A stretch of DNA of 41,864 nucleotides from Chiloscyllium plagiosum. Its lineage: Eukaryota. Under the pieces are notes generated by a model. The model saw only the letters and a list, made by a program, of their open reading frames with translations. It was not told the origin of the DNA and did not search any database. Positions 35,305-41,864 of the stretch are shown one piece after another. The stretch covers positions 5,170-47,033 of the forward strand of contig NW_025215231.1 of the NCBI RefSeq assembly GCF_004010195.1, read 5' to 3'. The number at the start of each line of letters is the position of its first letter. Position 1 is the stretch's first letter. The position numbers and the translations under genes are program-made.

Positions 35305-36270
35305 TAGAGACATAGTGTCATGGAGATGTACAGCATGGAAACAGACCCTTCGGATCAACCCATCCAGACTGACCAGAGATCCGCAATTAATCGAGTCCCA
35401 TTCGCCAGCATTTAGCCCTCATCCCTCTCAACCCTTCCTATTAATATACCCATCCAGATACCTTTTCAATGTTAGAATTGTTTCCGCTTTCACAACTTGC
35501 GGATCTCTAGTGGGCGGCACGGTGGCACAGTGGTTAGCACTGCTGCCTCGCAGCGCCAGAGACCCGGGTTCAATTCCCGACTCAGGCGACTGACTGTGTG
35601 GAGTTTGCACGTTCTCCCCGTGTCTGCGTGGGTTTCCTCCGGGGGCTCCGGTTTCCTCCCACAGTCCAAAGATGTGCAGGTTAGGTGAATTGGCCATGCT
35701 AAATTGCCCGTAGTGTTAGGTAAAGGGGTAAATGTAGGGGTATGGGTGGGTTACGCTTCGGCGGGTCGGTGTGGACTTGTTGGGCCGAAGGGCCTGTTTC
35801 CACACTGTAAGTAATCTAATCTAAGTAATCTAATCTAAAACTTCCTCTGGCAGCTCATTTCATACACACATCACCCTCTGCAAGAGGAAAACTGCCCCTT
35901 CGGTCCCTTTTAAATCATTCCCCTCCAAACTTTACCTCTGACCTCTCGTCTTGGACTCCTCTCGCCTGGGAAATAGACATTAGCTATTTACCTGATGCCT
36001 GCCCCTCATAACTTTATAAATCTCTATCCGGTCACCCCTCAGGCTCCGACACTCCAGGGAAAACAGGCCCAGCCTATTCAGCCCCTCTCGATAGCTCAAT
36101 CCCTTCAACCTGGCAACATTCTTGAAAACCTTTTCTGAACCCTTTCAAGTTTCACAACGACCTTCCGATGGGGGGAGACGAGAATTGAAAGCAGTCTTCC
36201 AATAGTGGGCTAACCAATGTCCTTCACAGAAACAACATGGCCTCCCAACTCCTATGCTCAATGCACTGAC
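35305..36270 (-). mobile_element. CR1 3' fragment interrupted by an HE1 SINE
   Basis: Same subfamily as 4233-4680; the sequence resumes collinearly after 35837. Confidence 0.8.
35512..35837 (+). mobile_element. HE1-type SINE (young, CpG-rich)
   Basis: Intact A box TGGCACAGTGG, B box GGTTCAATTCC and (TAATC)n tail. Confidence 0.92.
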
Positions 36271-36289
36271 CAAGAAAAACAACAGAGTG

Positions 36290-36533
36290 AGACCCAGTTG
36301 TGCAGAGGAGAGAGAGGAATGGAGTGGGGGTGTCAGGGAGAGAGAGAGTGGGACTCAGTAATGTGAGGGAGAGTGTGGGAGCCGGCAGTGTGAGGGAGAG
36401 AGTGTGGGAGCGGACAGTGTAAGGGAGAGAGAGTGGGAGCGGGCAGTGTGAGGGAGAGTGAGTGGGAGCGGCAGTGTGATGCAGAGAGAGAATGAGAGTG
36501 GGCAGTGTGAGGGAGAGAGAGAGTGGGAGAGCA
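36290..36533. repeat. GA-rich minisatellite (about 30-33 nt unit GAGAGAGAGTGGGAGCGGGCAGTGTGAGG); continues at 40668-40720
   Basis: About 7 imperfect units to the left of the CR1 and about 1.5 units to the right. Confidence 0.85.
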
Positions 36534-39500
36534 AAGCCGGTCGGGAGGGTAAGTGATTATTTGAGTGGGTGTGTTCTGGAACCTAGGTCCTCCAAAGTAG
36601 GGCCTCCCTCCCTCCCTCCTCCTCTAACCTAAATTAAATGTTCACAGAATTGCCCCCAAAAAGAGGGTCAAAGGCAGTTCCTGTGGATTGAAGAGTGAGG
36701 CTTCAGCTCAGGAGTCTTTGACAAGCAGGTTGAGTGAAGTGATTACGCCACAGTTGAAGAGGGTGAAGACATGGCTGCCAAGCTGCTTCAGTGTGCTACG
36801 TGCTTGATGTGGGAGGTCAACGACTCTGGTGTGTCTGGCTCGTATAAGTGTGGAAAGTGCGTGCACGTTCAGCTACTGACAGAACCTATTGCAGCACAGA
36901 TGAAAGAACTCGAGGATCTTTGTCTCATCCGAGAGAACGAGATATTTCTGGACAAGACCTTCAGTGAGGTTATTACACCAATCGTACCAGAAGAGAGCAG
37001 AAGAGAGAGCAGATGATGAGGAAGGCAGAGAGGAGACAGGTGCAAGAGACCCCGGCGGAAGTACCTGTCAGGAACAAGTTGAAACTTTTGGAAACAGTAG
37101 AGACAGATGACACTGCCAGTCCGCGAGGCGGCCAGGTCTGTCAATCAAAGGTTGGCGCAGAGGCAGAGCGGAAGAGTCGGACTTTGCGCAGAGCCGGGGT
37201 AATAGGGGACTCCACAATGAGTGGAACGAACTGGGCTTTTTGTGGCAGCAGGCGGGACTTAAGGATGGTGTGTTGCCTTCCTGATGCCAGGGTTAAAGAC
37301 ATCACAGACAGATTGCAGGACATCCTCAAGGACGAAGGTGAAGAGCCAGAGGTGGTGGTACAAGTCGGCACAAATGATGGCGGGAAGAAGACGAGGAAAG
37401 TACTACAGCGGGACTTCGGAGAACTGGGAAGAAGGCTGAAAAGCAGGACGTCCAAGGTGGTTATCTCCGGTTTGTTTCCACTTCCTCGGGCTGGTGAAGG
37501 CAGAAACAGGGAGATAATGGACTTGAACATGTGGCTGGGCAACTGGTGCAGGAAGCAAGGATTTAAATTCTTGGATCACTGGGTTATGTTTAGTAGTAAG
37601 CATAAATTCTACAATAGAGGTGGTTTGCACATTAATAGGTTAGGGACCAGCATTCTGGCAGGCAGGTTTGCTACTGCAACGCAGCTACGTAGTGGGGAGG
37701 GGAATGGGGGTGGCGGGGGGGGGGGGAAACAAACTGGATGTTTAAAAAGGAAATTGGAGGGAAAGTTAGAACAAGGGAAGTCAAGAAAGACAATTGTATC
37801 ATTTCTGTATCAATGAAACAGAAAACTCAAAAAGGGATCATGCTGTAAGGTTGAGTGAAATAGGAGTTGATGGGAAGGGTGAGGGCAGTAACAAATTAAA
37901 AATACTATATATGAATGCACGAAGCATTAGAAATAAGATGGATGAGCTTGAGGGTCTTTTGGAAATTGGCCGATACGATATAATGGGGGTAACTGAGACG
38001 TGGCTTCAAGTGGACAGGGCCTTGGAAATGAATATTCAAGGCTACACGTGCTATCGTAAGGACAGACTGACGGGCAGAGGGGGTGGGGTGGCCATGTTGG
38101 TAAGGGATGATATTCAGTCCCTTGCGCGGGGGGACCTAGGATCAGGGGATGTAGAGTCAGCGTGGATAGAGCTGAGAAATACGAAGGGTAAAAAGACCCT
38201 CTTGGGAGTTACCTACAGGCCCCCAGTCTGGATGCCGGATGTAAGTTAAATCAGGAGCTGAAATTGGCCTGTCGCAGAGATGTTACTGCAGTTGATATGG
38301 GGGATTTCAACATGCAGGTAGACTGGGAGAATCAGGATGGTATTGGACCTCAAGAAAGAGTTTTGTGGAGTGTCTCAGAGATGGATTCTTAGAACAGCTG
38401 GTGTTGGAGCCGACCAGAGAGAAGGCAATTCTGGATCTGGTATTGTGCAACGAACCAGAATTGCTCAGACACCTCAAAGTGAAGGAGCCATTGGGAAGTA
38501 GTGACCATAATACAATAAGCTTCAAGCTGCACTTTGAGAGGGAGAAGGTACAATCGGAAGTGACAATATTTCTGTGGAATAAAGGGAATAATGGAGCTAT
38601 GAGGGAGGAGCTGGCCAAAGTTCAATGGTTCAATACCTTAGCAGGGATGACAGTGGAGGAACAATGGCGGATATAATCTGTGTATAATGCAGAAGTTGCA
38701 GGATGAGTTCATTCCAAGAAGGAAGAAAGATCCTAGGAGGAGGCAGGGGTGGCCATGGCTGATGAGGGAAGTTAAGAAACATATAAAGTCAAAAGAGAAA
38801 AAGTATAACATAGCAAAGATAAGTGGGAAAACGGAGGACTGGGAAGCTTTAGGTATGTGAAAGGCAAAAAAATGTTTAGGACTAAAATTGGGCGCTTGAA
38901 GACAGAAACAGGGTAATATATTGCGGGGAACAAAGACATGGCAGAAGAATTGAATAGGTACTTCAGATCTGTGTTCACTGGGGAACACACAAGCAATCTC
39001 CCTGAGGTAACAATAGCTGAAGGACCTGAACTGAAGGGAATTTATATTTGCCAGGAATTGGTGTTGGAGAGACTGTTAGGTCTGAAGGTTGATAAGTCCC
39101 CGGGGCCTGATGGTCTACATCCCAGGGTACTGAAGGAGGATGCTCGAGAAATCGTGGATGAGTTGGTGATTATTTTCCAGAGTTCGATAGATTCGGGATC
39201 AGTTCCTCCGGATTGGAGGGGGACTAATGTTGTACCACTTTTTAAGAAAGTTGGGAGAGAGAAAGCAGGAAATTATAGACCAGTTAGTCTGACCTCAGTG
39301 GGGGGAAAGATGCTGGTGTCTATTTCAAAGGATGAAATTACGATACATCTGGATAGTAGTAACAGGATAGGTCAGAGTCAGCATGGATTTATGAAGGGGA
39401 AATCATGCTTGACTAATCTTCAGGCAGTTTTTGAGGATGTAACTCTGAAGATGGACGAGGGAGGTCCAGTAGATTTAGTGTACCTGGAGTTTCAGAAAGC

Positions 39501-40667
39501 TTTTGATAAAGTCCCACATAAGAGGTTTGTGAGCAAAATTAGGGCGCATGGTATGGGGGGCAAAGTACTAACTTGGATTGAAAGTTGGTTGGCCTATAGG
39601 AAACAAAGAGTAGTGATAAACGGCTCCATTTTGGAATGGCAGGCAGTGACCAGTGTGGTTCCACAGTGATCAGTACTGGGACCGCAGCTTTTAAAAATAT
39701 ATGTTAATTATATAAAAGAGGGTGTTAGTAATAACATGAGCAAATTTGCTAATAATACTAAGTTGGGTGGCAGGGTGAAATGTGATTAGGATGTTAGGAG
39801 ATTACAGGGTGACCTGGGCAAGTTGGATGAGTGGGAAGATGCATGGCAGACGCAGTGTAATGTGGATAAATGTATGGTTATCCACTTTGGTGGCAAGAAC
39901 AGGAAGACAGATTACTACCTAGATGGAATCAATTTAGGTAAAGGGGCAGTACAGAGAGATCTGGATATTCTTGTACACCAGTCAATGAAGGTAAGCATGC
40001 ACGTAGAGCAGGTAGTGAAGAAGGCTAATAGCATGCTGGCCTTCATAACAAGAGGGATTGAGTATAGAAGCAAAGAGGTTCTTCTACAGCTGTACAGGGC
40101 CCTGGGTGAGACCACACCTGGAGTACTGTGTGCAGTTCTGGTCCCCAAATTTGAGGAAAGACATTCTGGTTAGTGAGGGAGTGCAACGAAGGTTCACGAG
40201 GTCAATTCCTGGAATGGCGGGATTACGTTACACTGAAAGACTGGAGCGACTGGGCTTGTATACCCTTGAGTTTAGAAGACTGAGAGGGGATCTGATTGAG
40301 ACATATAAGATTATTAAAGGATTGCGCACTCTGGAGGCAGGAAACATGTTTCCGCTGATGAGTGAGTGTCGAACCAGAGGACACAGCTTAAGATACGGGA
40401 TAGACATTTAGGACAGCGATGAGGAGAAACTTCTTCACACAGAGTGGTGGTTGTGTGGAATGCTCTGCCCCAGAGGGCAGTGAAGGCTCAGTCTCTGGAT
40501 TCATTTAAGAAAGAGTTGGATAGAGCTCTCAAGGATTGTGGAATCAAGGGTTATGGAGATAAGGCAGGAACAGGATACTGATTAAGGATGATCAGCCATG
40601 ATCATATTGAATGGTGGTGCAGGCTCGAAGGGCAGAATGGCCTACTCCTGCACCTATTGTCTATTGA
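36534..40667 (+). mobile_element. Full-length but disabled CR1 LINE (5' UTR, Zn-finger/SGNH ORF1, APE-RT ORF2, 3' tail)
   Basis: ORF1 from 36771 (CATC..CGKC; GDS, GTND, GGLH). Endonuclease LYMNARSIRNK, GVTETWL, GSSDHN. RT GNYRPVSLTS, QHGF, FQKAFDKV, with the catalytic motif mutated to FANNTK. Tail ctattgtctattg. Candidate TSD GAGAGCA at 36527-36533 and 40668-40674. Confidence 0.93.
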
Positions 40668-40767
40668 GAGAGCAGTGTGATGGAGAGAGAGAGTGGGAGC
40701 GGGCAATGTGAGGGAGAGAGTAAGCAAGTGTTCCAAGATTGCGGAACAGACACATTCGGCCCATCTT

Positions 40768-41864
40768 AGAACATAGAACATAGAAGAATACAGCGCAGTA
40801 CAGGCCCTTTGGCCCTCGATGTTGCGCCGATCCAAGCCCACCTAACCTATACTAACCCACTATCCTCCATATACCTATCCAATGCCCGCTTAAATGCCCA
40901 TAAAGAAGGAGAGTCCACCACTGCTACTGGCAGGGCATTCCATGAACTTACGACTCGCTGAGTGAAGAACCTACCCCTAACTTCAATCCTATATCTACCC
41001 CCCCTTAATTTAAAACTATGCCCCCTTGTAATACCCGACTCAATACGCGGGAAAAGGTTCATACTGTCGACCCTATCTAACCCCCTAATCATCTTGTACA
41101 CCTCAATCAAGTCACCCCAAACCTTCTTTTCTCTAATGAAAACAGCCCCAAGTGTCTCAGTCTTTCCTCATACGATCTTCCTTCCATACCAGGCAACATC
41201 CTGGTAAACCTCCTCTGCACCCGTTCCAATGCCTCCACATCCTTCCTATAGTATGGCGACCAAAACTGCACACAATATTCCAGATGCGGCCGTACCAGAG
41301 TCTTATACAACTGCATCAGGACTCCGGAACTCAATTCCTCTAACAATAAAAGCCAGTACGCCATATGCCTTCCTCACCGCACTATTTACCTGGGTGGCAA
41401 CTTTCAGAGATCTGTGTACATGGACACCAAGATCCCTCTGCTCATCCACACTACCAAGTATCCGACCATTAGCCCAGTACCCCATCTTTTTGTTACTCTT
41501 ACCAAAGTGAATCACCTCACACTTACCTACATTGAACTCCATTTGCCACCTTTCTGCCCAGCTCTGCAGCTTATCTATATCCAGCTGTAACCTGCCACAT
41601 CCTTCCTCACTGTCAACAACTCCTCCGACTTTCGTATCATCCACAAACTTGCTCACCCAACCTTCTAACCCCTCTTCCAGGTCATTTATAAAAATGACAA
41701 ACAGCAATGGTCCCAAAACAGATCCTTGCGGAACACCGCTAGTGACGGCACTCCAAGATGAACCTTTGCCATCAACTACTACCCTCTGTCTTCTTCCACC
41801 CAGCCAATTCCTAATCCAAACCTCCAACTCACCCTCAATGCCATACCTACGTATTTTTTGCAGT
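40768..41864 (-). mobile_element. Relatively young CR1 LINE, 3' portion (runs off the window end)
   Basis: (ttctatg)n tail. GVPQGSVLGPLLFVIFINDL...KFVDDTKVGG and [19 protein letters not shown]. Confidence 0.92.

Noticed and set aside
36290-36533. Regular repeats of about 30 nt considered as a CRISPR-like array
   Set aside because: No unique spacers, low-complexity units, vertebrate context and no cas genes.

Overview
Eukaryotic genomic DNA, almost certainly from a cartilaginous fish (shark-like). The evidence is a shark-type IgH transmembrane exon pair, HE1-type SINEs and a two-exon GPR139-like receptor. Most of the window is retroelement-derived: nested CR1-clade LINEs (four near full-length, with Zn-finger/SGNH-esterase ORF1), four HE1 SINEs, Penelope-like fragments and hammerhead-bearing Penelope termini. 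Two host genes are supported, both on +. One is the 3' end of an immunoglobulin heavy-chain gene (TM1 809-936, TM2 1076-1084, tail KVK). The other is an intact 317-aa GPR139/GPR142-like class A GPCR (23349-23415 + 24195-25081). There are also a decayed hAT/ZNF862-like transposase, tRNA-Gly relics and a 529-N assembly gap. The leading novelty candidate is a structured motif shared by the 5' leaders of two divergent CR1 elements: a covarying hairpin followed by an invariant 18-nt CT box, inside a splice-signal framework. A second candidate is an alternative IgH cytoplasmic tail made by TM1 read-through and intronic polyadenylation. All family assignments come from motif recognition by eye; no searches were run, and repeat boundaries are approximate.
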